Source: Selaginella moellendorffii
Taxonomy: Eukaryota; Plantae; Lycopodiophyta
NCBI RefSeq assembly: GCF_000143415.4
Contig: NW_003314327.1
Coordinates: forward strand, 666,438 to 730,437
Length of the DNA stretch: 64,000 nt
Direction: 5' to 3'
Positions 1 through 12,617 of this stretch are shown piece after piece. Position 1 is the first letter of the stretch; each line of letters begins with the position of its first letter. The notes beneath the pieces were generated by a model that made no database searches, was not told the DNA's origin, and saw only the letters and a program-made list of their open reading frames with translations. The position numbers were made by a program, and so were the translations under genes.

Positions 1-1065
1 TATCTTTATTCCGCGGTTTCTCCATGCCTACTATGATTCTCCTGTTCTAGGTGGGCATATGGGACATTGTCGTGTAATCGAGAAGTTGCGCAGGTCTTTC
101 TATTGGTCGGAGATGTGACGTGATATTATTTGGTATATGCGTAGTTGCGTTTGGTGCCAAACTCGTAATACTCCCCCTCGGGCTGCGGAAGAACAGTTGG
201 AGTCAATTGCAGTCTGTTTGAGTTGGTGGCGTTTGATCTTATGGGACCTTTTCCATGGTCAACTGCTAGCAATAAGTATGTTATTATTGCTTCTGACTAC
301 TTAACTCGTTGGGTGGAAGTTGGTGCTCTTGCTAGTGCCTTTGCAACTGCTGTTGGATACTTCTTCCTCAATCGAGTGGTGTTCCAGCATTCTTGTCCAA
401 AGCAGATTCTTTCAGATAATGGTCTTGCAATTATGGCTGAGGCATTTCATATTTTGACGTCTCGGTTGGGGATACGCCACACTTTCATGAGTGCTTATCA
501 TCCACAATCAGACGGTCTGGTGGAACGGCTCGTTCGGACATTCAAGGGGATGATTGCGAAGTATGTGAACTTTCAGCATTCGGATTGGGATGGTTATTTG
601 CTGTCTCTTCGGTATGCATATGTTACAGGGGTGCAGAGTTCTGTTGGTGCTTCACCATATAAACACCTATATGGTTATGATCCAATATTACCAACGGAGC
701 TGGGTTTACCTTCGCAATTGCCACAAGCTGCGGATGCTAGGTCATGGGATCAGTATTTGATGAGCATTCTTCCACTTATCCGGGCGAAGTCTGCCGAACA
801 CTTAGGCCGCATACAAGTGGGACAACAACGGCAATACAACTCCCATCATCGTCCACCTACGAAGTACAATATGGATGATTTGGTATTAGTCCGTTTTCCT
901 CATCTTACGGTACGTGGTTTATCTAAAGGGCTTCTTGCACAGTGGAAAGGACCGTATCGGGTGTTGCGACAAGTTGGACCACAAGTTTATGAGGTTCGGC
1001 AAGACATCCAGCAGGCCGATCCTCCAGAGATTGTGCATGTGCAGCGGTTGAAATGTTTCATGTAA
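1..1065 (+). mobile_element. Ty3/gypsy retrotransposon pol 3' end (integrase), degenerate
   Basis: ORF 223-1065 has the rve core (AFDLMGP...SDNG...YHPQSDGLVER) and a GPY/F module (WKGPYRV...VHVQRLK). An HHCC zinc-finger remnant lies upstream (GH.GH...C.WC). Confidence 0.92.
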
Positions 1066-1190
1066 AGGGATCAGGAGCAGTTAATACCACCTACAAATCC
1101 ACCGATGCCTCCTCCTGACATTCCTCCAGATCCCAGCCCATCTACAAGAGAACCTTGATTGTCTTCCATTATTCCGAGAGGAGGGGATGA

Positions 1191-1365
1191 TGTGAGGGCC
1201 AAGTGTACAACTACAATGCTGTATACTAATATTAGTATAGTGAGATTTTGGTAGCTGTCGGATTGGTTTCAATCTGGACCACTTGCTCCTGTATATAAAC
1301 TAGGGTTTTTGGGCTAATTGATATGCACATTTCTGTATTCCTTTTCCATATTCCATGCACTCACA
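1191..1365 (+). mobile_element. 3' LTR (~175 bp) of the gypsy element, preceded by a polypurine tract
   Basis: Termini TGTGAG...CTCACA. PPT gagaggaggggatga at 1176-1190. A diverged copy lies at 20411-20586. Confidence 0.85.
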
Positions 1366-3199
1366 AATTCAATATCAATTAAGTTATGAATTTACAATAT
1401 AATTATTTACAAATCAGAAAATAAAACACAATAAGCAAAATATATATAGTTAATTAAGTCTTACCTTTGACTTCTATAATAGCAAATTTTATACCATTTG
1501 TTTTTTGTATTATAAGTTATTTCTTCCAAAATAAGTAGTTAAACTAGAATTTAATACATGTATATTTAAGTTTTATATGAATGAAATTTATGTATAGATT
1601 AGATATAAGGCAAATGGTAAAACAACAATATCAATAGTGATAACTATGGGATTGAAAAATTCTTTATTCTTACCACAAAGTGATAGAGAATAAAAATATT
1701 AAAATGTGATATGGTTAAAGCTTCATATTTTTTATCTAGTTTTAAAAATATTTTAAAAAACTTAAGTTTTAATAGAAGATGATAAAGTTATATGAATATA
1801 AAATAATAATTATTAATAACTTTAAAGGTATCAAGGTAATTAAAAATATTTTATCATTTTCTCTAATAAATTCCTAGGCAGATGAGATGTTGATGGATAT
1901 TGAAAACAAATAGAGAATAAATTATATAACATATGTACTATGCTAGAAGAAAGGATAACATTTTGTTCCTTAACTACTCAAAACTACATGTAAAAGAGTA
2001 TAACAAACCATTAGTTAAACATAAAAATACAACTAAAGGATATTTATCCTCAATGTGTTTTCATTCAGAAGGATTAACAACAAAATTATATTGAATTCCT
2101 TAATACAACATAATGAAAAAGGGATTATCTTTAGAAAATTATAAATCTCTATTTTTAAATTTAACATGTTTATAAAGAAATGCAGTCATAAAAGAATATA
2201 AGGTTTATGAGAATAAGTATGAATGGTGTGAAATGCTTAAAAAATGTGCTATAAAAAGATTCTCAAGGTTTAGGTTGTATGATATCACTCACAAATCTAT
2301 ACAAATGAAACTCAAGTGGTTAATCGATTGTAGCATGCTCTACATTAGCTATTTGTATTACAGGTAGATGGTGGATACTTTTGTCTGTGGATGCCCTACA
2401 AGATAAAAAGTACACTTATAATATACTTTTATCCTTTGTATCGAGCAACTCACAAATGGTATCATCCACTCATTCTTTGGCAACTTAGAAAGAATATCAA
2501 CTTCCATTTTACTCAAAATGGTTGATGTAATTGGAGGGATTTTCTATTATTATTGAGGTGACTCAGAAGATGTTCCTTGAGGAGCATCCAATGGCTGAGT
2601 ATCCAAAGGAAGGCGATTTAAATTGTCAATCATGTCACTATCCATACAAATGTGCTAGTTGGATTTTGAGTCGAGATAACTATAACCCTAAGGATCTCAT
2701 TTGCCTTGTTAAAAAGATTATAACTTCTTGTAAGCTCTAAGCTCCTCCTAAACCAACTTGCAATATAGTCCATATTGTTGCTCTTGCTGCAAGTTTTATC
2801 ACCCATTCTAATGTAAAAGTAGCCTGGTGTCATCCAAGAGCACAATTGGCTTTTTTATCAAGCAATTGCCTCTTTTCAATTGGTTTAAAGGGAGAAAGAT
2901 AGGGTGTGTTATATATAGTATCTGAGTAAATAGCAAGGTTTAATTTTTATTTATGAATGACTATTTAAAATATAATATACCTATGAACAGACAAGCCAAA
3001 TAAGATCCTTCCTCTCAATGTTTGTTAGATTTTTTTTATAAGAGTTTAAATCTACTCAAAGCAAAAACAACATGCTTTAACTAAAAGTTTAAACCTTGCT
3101 AATGTGTCAAAAAATCTGATGTAAAATCAAAATTTACATAGTGCAAAAAATCACATATGTGGTGCTAACTTTTATTTTGCCATGCATATGTGGAGGTAC

Positions 3200-5271
3200 T
3201 AATCTACCTAGAATCGTCTTCGGGAACCTTGAAGGAACTCTGTCCCTTAGCTTGCTAAGGCCTCCCTTTTTGCAAGTTTTCCAATTGCCACGTAGTCTAA
3301 CATGGACAATTCCATATTTTAGACTTTCCATGGCATCACGGTTGCTAGCGGCAACACCCTCGAGCCCCCACTTGATTCTCCACTCCCAGCTGGCATAACC
3401 AACCTTGGTTATGCCCTTCGATTCCTATGGTTCGGTTCCATCCCCTTACTTCTTGCTTTTGGCTTCACACCTTTCCTTCGGTCATTCTCCTCCAGACCAG
3501 GAAGATAGCTTTGCACTTTCTATCATGCCTTAGCAAGTATCCTTAGGGATGAACCTACCCAATAGCCCAGGGAGTGGTTCCTCAATCCAGGTATGCTCAC
3601 TTTATAATCCCACACACTGGGATTACATTGTTGCTTATGAGCCTTTACATGCCCATCACTAGCCTTGCCAAAATTCCATTTTTGGCTTTGTCCAACTCGG
3701 GTAGATAGTCCTCTCCTGTCTCCGCAACCTTGGACATTTGGATAGCACCTTCTATCCATCATTCGCTAGGGACTTAGTCCCTTGGGCTTTATCCATTGCC
3801 CTCGCGACATCAAACACCACTTTCTGGTGTTCTAGAGTGTTCGGGTGTCCCAATGATGGCTTTTTTGACAATGAGTTTTTTTTTTATGACATTGACTTAC
3901 TATATCGCAACACAAGCAACTTATCCCCCGTAAGGGTATATCCGACTTCCCTATGCTATTAAGAAGTCTTGGGTAGCTACCTTCTACCCATTTAACCAGT
4001 TATTTTGCACCTCTTGCTTAGTTGCCTCATAGTTGTCAAGTCCTACAACTCATTGCTTGGTGCTTTCACACCTCCATCATTATCTGGGTCACCACACTCC
4101 AACTGCATGCTCTGCAGCTTAGGCTATGCCATTCTCATTTCCATTGGGATTCCTTTGGCAAGGGGTTCTCATGAACCCACCAACATAGCCTCAAAGTATC
4201 ACACCTTGGCACATTTGGTGTCTCCACACCATCGGCTCCACGAGCCTACCTCTATGACACTTTCCCTTTGTGTCTAAGTCTTTGCCAAGACCAACACCGC
4301 TCTTTCTCATACCAACCATCCGTTAGCACTGCACCATAGAGGTCACACACAATTTTGTGTCAAAGTTGTTTTCTTCTGGGAACACCTTTCCCATAACTTT
4401 AGCATGGCACATTTTGCCATCGATGAGATACCCTCTGTTCTCATCCTTGGATCCTATGATCCCCCCCCCATCCTTTGTGGGGCACAACACACCTCAGTCC
4501 AAATGCTTCCATCAGTCCTTTTAAGACCATCCCTTGACTCTACTTGAGTCATCCAGCAGTTTTGGACTTGGTTAATCCACAGACCCGTAAGGTCCTACTT
4601 GTGAGGCACTAGCTCACTGGAATACACTTCTTGCATTCCTGTCCTACTCAAAAGGACTATTTTCACAAGTGTTACTCTGACACTTGATTTTGTTCTTTGG
4701 GGGCAACCTTTGCCCCTTAGGACTACTTGTCCATGTGATGAGAATACCACTCATCTCTAAGTACACCCCCCAACTCCTTGGGTTGTTCCAGCATTTATTA
4801 AAGGTAGCCCCGGCTACCATTTCAAGGACTTGAGTCCTCTTCCGTATTTGACCTCCCACGGTCATTACTTCTGGTCTCACATTCATGAGCACCAACCTCA
4901 ACTATATGAGGATAATCTTGTGACTCCTTTATTGTTTTGGAGTCTCTATCTTTCCCGTGATCCCAACTATAATTGTTTACCACAACTACCTTAGCCAATT
5001 TGTTGAGACAAATGCTCATCCGGATCACATCCTCAACTCGATGAGGAAAACCTTGCATTGTTCCCAAGATCCCAAAGTCGTTCCATTATTGGCCCTTTTC
5101 TATCCACCACCTCGTCTACAAGTTCACACATGAACTGTAATGGAGAGCCATGTCTTCCTGACTTGCTACTCCTCAAGGATAGGCCCACTCCTCAGACCTT
5201 CCAATGCCAACACTAGTGGTGATATACTTGAGCACCAATAAAAGTCGGACTAAGGAACAGCTCTGATACCA
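3200..5271 (-). mobile_element. 5' internal region (PBS, degenerate gag/protease/RT N-half) of gypsy element with 1.9-kb LTRs
   Basis: PBS TGGTATCAGAG (tRNA-iMet) on the minus strand at 5261-5271, adjacent to the LTR. Degenerate RT-like sequence near 3200-3400. Confidence 0.7.
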
Positions 5272-5274
5272 AAT

Positions 5275-7178
5275 TGTAAGCGACTAATTTTTCCATTTTA
5301 CTTTAGTCACTTAACCGCACCTCCGACCACTTGGAGGAGTCTCATTCACAACCTCCATAAGTCCAACTCAAGACTTGGGGCTTGCTAGCCCCGAGAATGG
5401 CATCCATGCCACTCAACCTTAGCACTTGGTCCAAGTGCTCCACGTGTCCGATCCCATGACCGGCACTCCAAGGTACCACCAACATACCAGCCTGTTACGC
5501 TAGGCCATGCCCTTTCACCTTGGTCACACCGGTGGTCTAACACCACCTACACCACAGTCCTGTCTCTCAAAGACTGGGCCATCCGTCCATGAGGGATCAT
5601 CCCCGATCCACTCCTTAGCATCCTTAGGATGCCCACAGACATGGGGAATAGCCCTCCCCAATATCCCCTTTCCGGTCCCTACCAAGCCCCTTTCTGGCCA
5701 TGACCGTATTCGCCAACATTGCCACTGGATCAAGGCCCATAGGCCCGACCACTAAGTCCCACGGTCCTCTGGGACTTCCTCACCACACGACTGTATCCTT
5801 AGTCACTACACCAGAGAACTACTCCTCTGCCTTTCCACAGTCTGGGCCTTCGGGACAACGTTTCGGAACACCGTGGCCTTACGCAAGCCTTATGGGTACT
5901 CTCCCCACTTATCGCCTTTAGGTGCTCTAGCCATGGGCTTAGAGCGAGGTTCCGTTGAGCCACGATAGGTATCCAAGTAGGTAGTGCCACCCACACTTGG
6001 ACTGGGAGCATCGGCCAGTCGATCTCCCAGGGGAACTAGAGCCGGCTCTTGAACACTTCACCAAGCTACCCCACTTGTCGGTCCGTGTTCACTCTAGTCT
6101 TGGACTTCCCAGTGGGCAGCTCATCACCCAACACTGGGTCCGGCCTTCCTGGGCCAAACTGGCCTTTCCTGGCCAAACTGGCTCCACTGCAGTCCTCCCC
6201 CCTACTATACTTTTGGAGCTCACCAAACCCCCCAGGGTCTGGGAGACAAACACTTTGGGCTTTCACCCTCTCAGACTCGAACTCGAACTCGGACTCGGAC
6301 TCGGACTCGGACTCAGGCTTGGTCTCGGCCTCGGCCCCGGTCTCGGTCTCGGTCCCGATCTCGGTCTCGGTCTCGGTTCCGGTCTCAGTCTCGATCTCGG
6401 TCTTGACCTCGGACTCCATCTCGGGTCCATCTCGGACTCCATCTCGGACTCCATCTCGTGTCCATCTCGGACTCCATCTCGGGTCCATCTGGGACTCCAT
6501 TTCGGGTCCATCTCGGGTCCATCTCGGGTCCATCTCGGACTCCACCTCGGACTCCATCTCGGGTCCATCTCAGACTCCATCTCGGGTCCATCTCGGGTCC
6601 ATCTCGGACTCCACCTCGGACTTCATCTCGGGTCCATCTCAGACTCCATCTCGGGTCCATCTCGGGTCCATCTCGGACTCCACCTCGGACTCCATCTCGG
6701 GTCCATCTCGGACTCCATCTCGGGTCCATCTCGGACTCCATCTCGGACTCCATTTCGGGTCCATCTCGGGTCCATCTCGGACTCCACCTCGGACTCCATC
6801 TCGGGTCCATCTCAGACTCCACCTCGGACTCCACCTCGGACTCCACCTCGGACTCCATCTCGGACTCCATCTCGGGTCCACCTCGGACTCCACTTCGGAT
6901 CCATCTCGGACTCCACTTCGGACCCGAACTTGGGTCCATCTCGGACACTTCCTCGTGTCATGTGTTGGTCCTTTTTGGGTCCCTTTTTGGAGCCTCGTTT
7001 ATTGCTCACTTCGTGCTTGTTCCTCGAGCCCTTTGTTGGGAGTTCCACTCCCGCTCTCAACCTTTCGAGTCGGAGCTTTTAGTCCAAACGTGTTACGCTC
7101 GTTTGGTTTTCGCTTCGGCCACCACCACATGGCACCCTTCCGGCTCCACTTTGGGGCCTAGGGATTTTGTGTCTCACA
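5275..7178 (-). mobile_element. 5' LTR (~1.9 kb) of a gypsy retrotransposon, minus orientation
   Basis: On the minus strand it starts TGTGAGAC, ends CGCTTACA and is followed by the PBS. It is a near-identical reverse complement of 38591-40523. Confidence 0.9.
6272..6945. repeat. Minisatellite inside LTR (GGACTC/GGTCTC hexamers, then CCATCTCGGA/CCATCTCGGGT 10-12-bp units)
   Basis: Directly visible. It produces the low-complexity overlapping ORFs at 5997-7402. Confidence 0.95.
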
Positions 7179-8934
7179 GTATAATAGGGACTGTGATGAG
7201 GAGGACCATCTACATTTCACAAACTATATATAAAGGGGAGATGTTTCTAGCGCCTTTCATAAGGGATGATCCTGAGCAATTTCCATTTAAGGACTTCGTC
7301 ACCACTGAGCTTACAAAACTCGGAGAGGACTGGCTGCCAAAGAAGGCCACAAGCACAACTCCATTTGATAAACAACTTGGCCAACCTTACTTCATGTGTT
7401 GAGTGGCTTTCAGGTAACATACAATTTCTCAACTATACTCAACTGTTTATATTCTATTATAGGTATCTCCAATATAGAGGCGTTCCTCTTGAAACACCGG
7501 TATGCACACAACTCCTGAGGCATGGTGTGAGAGATGGAGGGATATACTCGACAACAATGAAGTTTCTAGCAACAATAAAGCGTGCTTGTCTTTGGGAATT
7601 GGAGATGCTAGATTATGAACCAACCCACCAAGAGGCTGCAAAAGGCAATAATAATGATGAAGATGATGGCTATGAGAATGTCAACCCTGTTGGTGCCAAT
7701 GGTGAGCAGAGTGAAGATGGCGGTGAGAACGAGATTCTTTGAAACATAGTCATGCAAGAGAACCAGAACGTCCAAGAAGTTCTACCTCGACGAAAGCGTG
7801 CAAATCCACATTTGGAGGAATTAGTCAACAGTGATGATGACAAGACGTCCCCATAACCGAGGAACTTCTCGAGGTATATTTCTTTTAATTCTCTCCTTTT
7901 CTTAGTTCCTCAAAATGGTTGCAGCAAAAACTGTCGGGAGTAACTTCATTCCAGCTCGTCTTGATGCCTGAGAAGAGGACCTGGAGGAACTTACATCTAC
8001 CATACGCCACATGACAGTATGTAAATTTTTCTTAAGTTCACATCTTATCTTTGTCTTCTCCCCTAGATTCGCCCTGTTTCTCTAGTGGCATTCCATGGTG
8101 AAGTTGGGATCTTTATTGGCTCTTACAGTTCATTGATGGCATCTTTTGAGGAGGATGCTGAGAATATGGCTATCCGGCAAAAGTGGGAGCGCTTTTGTCA
8201 GAAGATCCATATGCGACCGCTCAAGAGCACAAACTTCATGCTCTTCGACATGCCAAATGGTCTTCCAGACGCTAATGGTGATGTCCCAAACTAGAACAAC
8301 CTGACTAAAGACCACTTGAAGGATGCATTCCTTTTGGCAGCAATTCTCTTTCACACAACCGGTTAAATTGCCTTCATTCTCCCGAATGACCCCCATTGGA
8401 TGTCCTGCCTTATGAGGTATGCAACTCGAGTCAACTTCAAGAGGTTCTCTTCCGGGTGCATCATGGATAGTGTTGGGGTCGAGACCAAAGGCATCCTAAG
8501 CATGCTAGAGAAGGTAAGAAATCATCTTCTGTTTTGGTTGTCTCTAAAGTTTTATTATTCAGGTTATGATGTGGACCTACCATGTGTTCTACAAAAGAGA
8601 AAATGATGGTTTTTGTGATAGCGAGCGTGTTGCAAGGGTTTTGCCAGGGTATGATAGCTTTACTGACATCATACCAAATCTCATAGACGACGATATCCGC
8701 AACACATTGTCTGGGTATCAGTTCCAATCTCCATCGGCGATGCATGTCCTACTTGAGCTTTATTGCCCAACTAGGGATGTTGTCATCGATTGCACAGCAG
8801 TTAGTGGTTCGATGGTCGAAGCAGCACGTGACTTTAGTAGTCGGTGTTTGCGATTGAAGAATATGAGTTCTTCAAACGCTGTCTTAGAGTTTTTTGTCCT
8901 TCTCTATCAGTTGCTTTTAGGAGGTAATTTATGA
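7179..8934 (+). pseudogene. 3' half of transposon-borne ParB-like/N6-N4 DNA-methyltransferase-like gene (copy A), intron-containing, degenerate
   Basis: The reading frame SIIGTVMRRTIY... starts at the LTR edge. FMLFDMPNG (~8235) resembles beta-class motif IV (DPPY). QFQSPSAMHVLLELYCPTRDVVIDCTAVSGSMVEAA (8720-8826) resembles motifs X-I (KP..L...L...GD.VLDPF.GSGT...AA). Confidence 0.6.
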
Positions 8935-9223
8935 TGTTTTAAAAACTTATATACAATGAATGCATCCACTTGCAATGAGATAATGATTGTGATAGTGACA
9001 GTGTCAGTGCAATAGATAGTGATAGCGTCAATGACAGAGACAGTGTCAGTGTCAGAGATGACAGCGTTACAGTGTCAGTCTATCAAATTTCATAATTACT
9101 AGTATTATGAGTTTATTATCTATAGGTAATACAATTTTGTTAATAAAAAAAAGGTGAGAGGGGGGGGGGGGGGGGCGGGGATGGATAATATCATAGTGTA
9201 AGAATTATTAGTAGCTAGAATTT

Positions 9224-9577
9224 TCAGTAGGATGGCCTAAAAATACCATATTCAGCACTTGTGGATGTAGTATTTACTAACGGAATATTGTTTCTCACCA
9301 TGAAATGATAATGGTTGTGTGTTTTTAACTCTTTTTTGATTTTCTTATACATCCATTTATGCACACCTTCCACACAAGTTCTTGGGCAATTGTGACAGTG
9401 TTCTAGAAAAGTTTCTAAACCCATATAGCCTTCTATTTTATCTAAATAAAAGTAGCAGATGGGACACTGGAGATAATATGTGTTCATTCTTTCAAAAGTT
9501 TCAGCCATATCTAGAGCCAGATGTTTCAAGTGCACACCTTCCAAACCACTTGAATGCTTCCACACCTTCCAAACCAT
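9224..9577 (-). CDS. Small Cys/His-rich hypothetical ORF (transposon cargo), copy 1
   Basis: CPICYFYL...HCHNCPR...GVHKWMYKKIKKELKTH. A diverged tandem paralog at 10072-10430 conserves the peptide. Confidence 0.45.
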   Translation of the reverse strand: MVWKVWKHSSGLEGVHLKHLALDMAETFERMNTYYLQCPICYFYLDKIEGYMGLETFLEHCHNCPRTCVEGVHKWMYKKIKKELKTHNHYHFMVRNNIPLVNTTSTSAEYGIFRPSY

Positions 9578-10071
9578 TTGAAAGCCACTTGAAGCACATG
9601 AGGCAATCTATCTTTAGTAGCAACATCTAGAACATTATCTGGAAGAGGGATCTCTTATTCAGTCACACTTGGGGCTACAAAAGGAAAAGCCTCACAACGA
9701 TTGTTATGTGGAGGTAAGGGTGGAATGTTGGTAGAAGTTGGAAATGAAGGTGGAGACTCATATGAAATGCATGGGGGCCAAGTGTGAGTAGCAATAGCAT
9801 TTTCCCTAGCCATTCCTACACTCTAAACAAAATGAAATTTCAATGTTGAAAGCATCCTTTGTCGGTATTTATACTAAGAAAAGATTTAGGGGTTCTTGAA
9901 AGTCTAAATTGTCAGTCTCAAAAATAGGACTTTAGAATTATAACAGTGTCAGAACCACTTGTATATATAATAATATCTTTATACATGCTAGAATACTATC
10001 ATTCTCAAAAATATAAGATTCTCCACTTTACTCAAAAAGAATTATACTTTTGAAAAAACTATGCATGACTT

Positions 10072-10430
10072 TCACATTACATTAAAAGGTGGCCTAAATA
10101 TTCTATATTCAGCACTTACTGATGCAGTGTTCACTAATGGAATATTGTTCTCCACCATGAAATCATAATAGCTATGTGTCTTTAATTCTTTCTTGATTTT
10201 CTTATACATCCATACGTGCACACCTTCCAAACCCACTCTTGGGCATTTGCGACAATGCTCAATAAAATTTACCAAACCCATACAACCATCTGTCTTGTTT
10301 AAATAAAAGTTGCATATAGGACACTAAAGATAATATGTATCTACATTAAACTCCCTTGCCATATCTGGAGCAAGATCTTGAAGAAAATATTGACATCGCT
10401 CTTGGAGCATTGGAGGCAATCCAACTCTTT
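10072..10430 (-). CDS. Small Cys/His-rich hypothetical ORF, copy 2
   Basis: HCRKCPRVGLEGVHVWMYKKIKKELKTHSYYDFMVENNIPLVNTASVSAEY.IFRP matches copy 1. The 5' limit is approximate. Confidence 0.4.
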
Positions 10431-11065
10431 TAACAACATCATAAGGAAGGAATTCTTATTTAGTTGCACTCGAGGTCATAAATGGAACAACCTCATAACA
10501 TCCCTCAAAATAAAAAGGAGGATTGTTGCGTAGAGGTGAAGGTGGATTATTGGTTGAGATTGGAGATGGAGGTGGAGACTCATATGAAAGGCTTCCGAGA
10601 CCAAAAGTAAACTTCTTCCTAACCATTGCAACACACAAGAAGAATTAAACTTCCCAGCAATAAGAATTCTTTGATTAATATACTATATCAATCTCGGGAA
10701 TGATGTTTTATTATGACATGACAATATATTGAATCATTATTGTCAGTCTTAGTAATTTCAACCTACTATGAGAGACAAGTGGCTATAAGGTTTCAAAAGC
10801 TAAAAACTAGCATATAATTAATATAGAGCCTTATTTTATATAGCTGGCTTGCCATATATAATAATGGCGAATACACACAAGCACGCGAGTATGCCTTTTT
10901 GCAAGATTACTTTTCAATCCCAAAATCATATATAGATTTAATTCTTTGATTTGTCCACATCATATATCTTTGCAAAGACAAAACATATCAAAAGGAATAA
11001 GATATATATAAAAATCTTACTTTTTTTTATAATACTTTAGTGGATTATAAAAGCCATTGAAAGGT

Positions 11066-11311
11066 TTATAGAGTGGATTTATTAGTGTTTTCCACTGTGC
11101 TGTCCATTTCTTCTTTTCTTTTGCTTTGGATTGTTATTTCAAAAGTAACAAGAGCATTTTTATCAATAGTGACAGTGGTCTCCACATTCCCGGATGGATA
11201 ATAAGGACCAAACGTGTAATATAGAGATTGTGGTAGTGAAACAAAATTAATATTCTCACATTTCTGTATGCTAGAACTATTTACAGCTTTTTTGTCTTCC
11301 TTGCTTCCCAT
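11066..11311 (-). CDS. Small orphan ORF (SLPxSLYYT family), cargo of outer element
   Basis: FVSLPQSLYYTFG...TTVTIDKNALVTFEITIQSK aligns with YISLPNSLYYTPG...TLTTIENAPVTSETTIQSK of the ORF at 44906-45163. Confidence 0.55.
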   Translation of the reverse strand: MGSKEDKKAVNSSSIQKCENINFVSLPQSLYYTFGPYYPSGNVETTVTIDKNALVTFEITIQSKRKEEMDSTVENTNKSTL

Positions 11312-11684
11312 CTCTGTAAACCCTAAAGAATGAACGAGTGAATCAATGTTCCAAATTATTTATATATTTCTGGTCAATTGTTGAAATGTTAAAATATTGA
11401 AATGTACAATAGAAATTTTAGGTTCATTCGAACTTCAATATTCCCATTTTATTTAGGACTAATAAAGCCCAAAATTTTCTATGGGTTCAAACGAACTTCT
11501 AATTCTAGAAACAGTATTTTATTGTATAAATTGCATTAGAAAGATTCAAAAAATAGAAATTTCTCTGAACCATTGATACTTAAATTCATAAATTTCAAGT
11601 TCACCAAAGAATAACATTTTTCTGACTTAATATTTCCTTATAAGACTTATGGTTGATTATGTTAACTAGCATTGACTTAAGCTG

Positions 11685-11712
11685 AATTGAGCTCAATTCA
11701 TAACTCAACTTT
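11685..11712. mobile_element. Putative terminal repeat of outer Mutator-like element
   Basis: AATTGAGCTCAATTCATAACTCAACTTT followed by GGACC. It matches 60750-60799 (AATTGAGCTCAACTCGTGAGCTCAACT...AT followed by GGTCC). Confidence 0.6.
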
Positions 11713-12060
11713 GGACCATCCCTGGATCAACAAGGGTAATCCCCAGTGCAGAGTGTGGAGCATGGATGATGGTGGCGAGCACCTTCTTGGATCTTACAGA
11801 TGTCTACTGGGACGATTTTATGGCGTTCGAGTGCCTGCTGTGCCTTGCTGGACAGTGCTGCGATCGGTAAGTGGTTTTACATCTGTGGCAAGAGTGAGAC
11901 GGTGGGGCAGCACAGTGTCGGCGAGGTGGTGTATTACCGGAGGGCGGTTGTTTACCGCCCCTCGCTGGTCAGGCCGTCCGGTGGAGGCACTCTCGGGCTG
12001 GATCCCGAGGAGGAGGAGAGGCTGGCGGGGCACCCTTTTCTATTTATAAAATGTCTATAA
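11713..12060 (+). pseudogene. 3' part of an interrupted F-box gene
   Basis: GC-richer coding-like stretch (CRVWSMD..., AIGKWFYICG..., VVYRPSL) starting at GGACC. It fits as the continuation of the F-box fragment at 60800-61470. Confidence 0.45.
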
Positions 12061-12617
12061 TTTTGTTATGAGGAGGTACAACTCCCAAAAGGGATAGGTG
12101 GGAGTTCTGGTAAAAAATTGTGCAAACTTGTAAAATATATAAAAAGAAACATTTATGTGCTTAAATTGTTGTTACTCATAAAATAATATTTTGAATATAA
12201 CCTTTTTTTTATGCATGGGCATCCATTGGTGCCCTGCAACAGAGGATCAAAGCAATTGGCTTTTGGGACAAGGTATACAAGGACATCTTCTTCTTGTGAT
12301 TCAAGGTGTTTGTCCCGAACCTTGATGATAAACTTGTCAAAAAACCATCCATTTTTTTGAGCAACTTATTGCTTTAAACCCACTGGAACAAAAACATCCA
12401 AGACAGTATAAAACCTTAACCAAGCAAAGATAGTACCTTTTCTTTATTCAGATGCATGTGTCTGGATCATCGCGAAATTCTTCTAGAATCCTACAGCTGT
12501 AGTTTGTAGTTCAAACTTCAACACGTAGAACGTAAACATCAGATTAAAATAATTTTGTCATGGCCAAGCCTTCAGTCTCGCGGGGCTTGGATCAGTTTGG
12601 AAAGGAAACGTTTGGCA

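Noticed and set aside
1900-2880. Degenerate Cys-containing coding-like fragments (e.g. ORF 2531-2740)
   Set aside because: Possibly cargo of another decayed element, but there is no supportable identity.
5997-7161. Long overlapping ORFs (up to ~400 aa) here and at 38608-39801
   Set aside because: They are translations of the LTR minisatellite in several frames with no domain signal.
12068-12220. Short AT-rich repeat shared with ~25678-25880
   Set aside because: Probably a small non-autonomous element, but no TIR or TSD could be defined.
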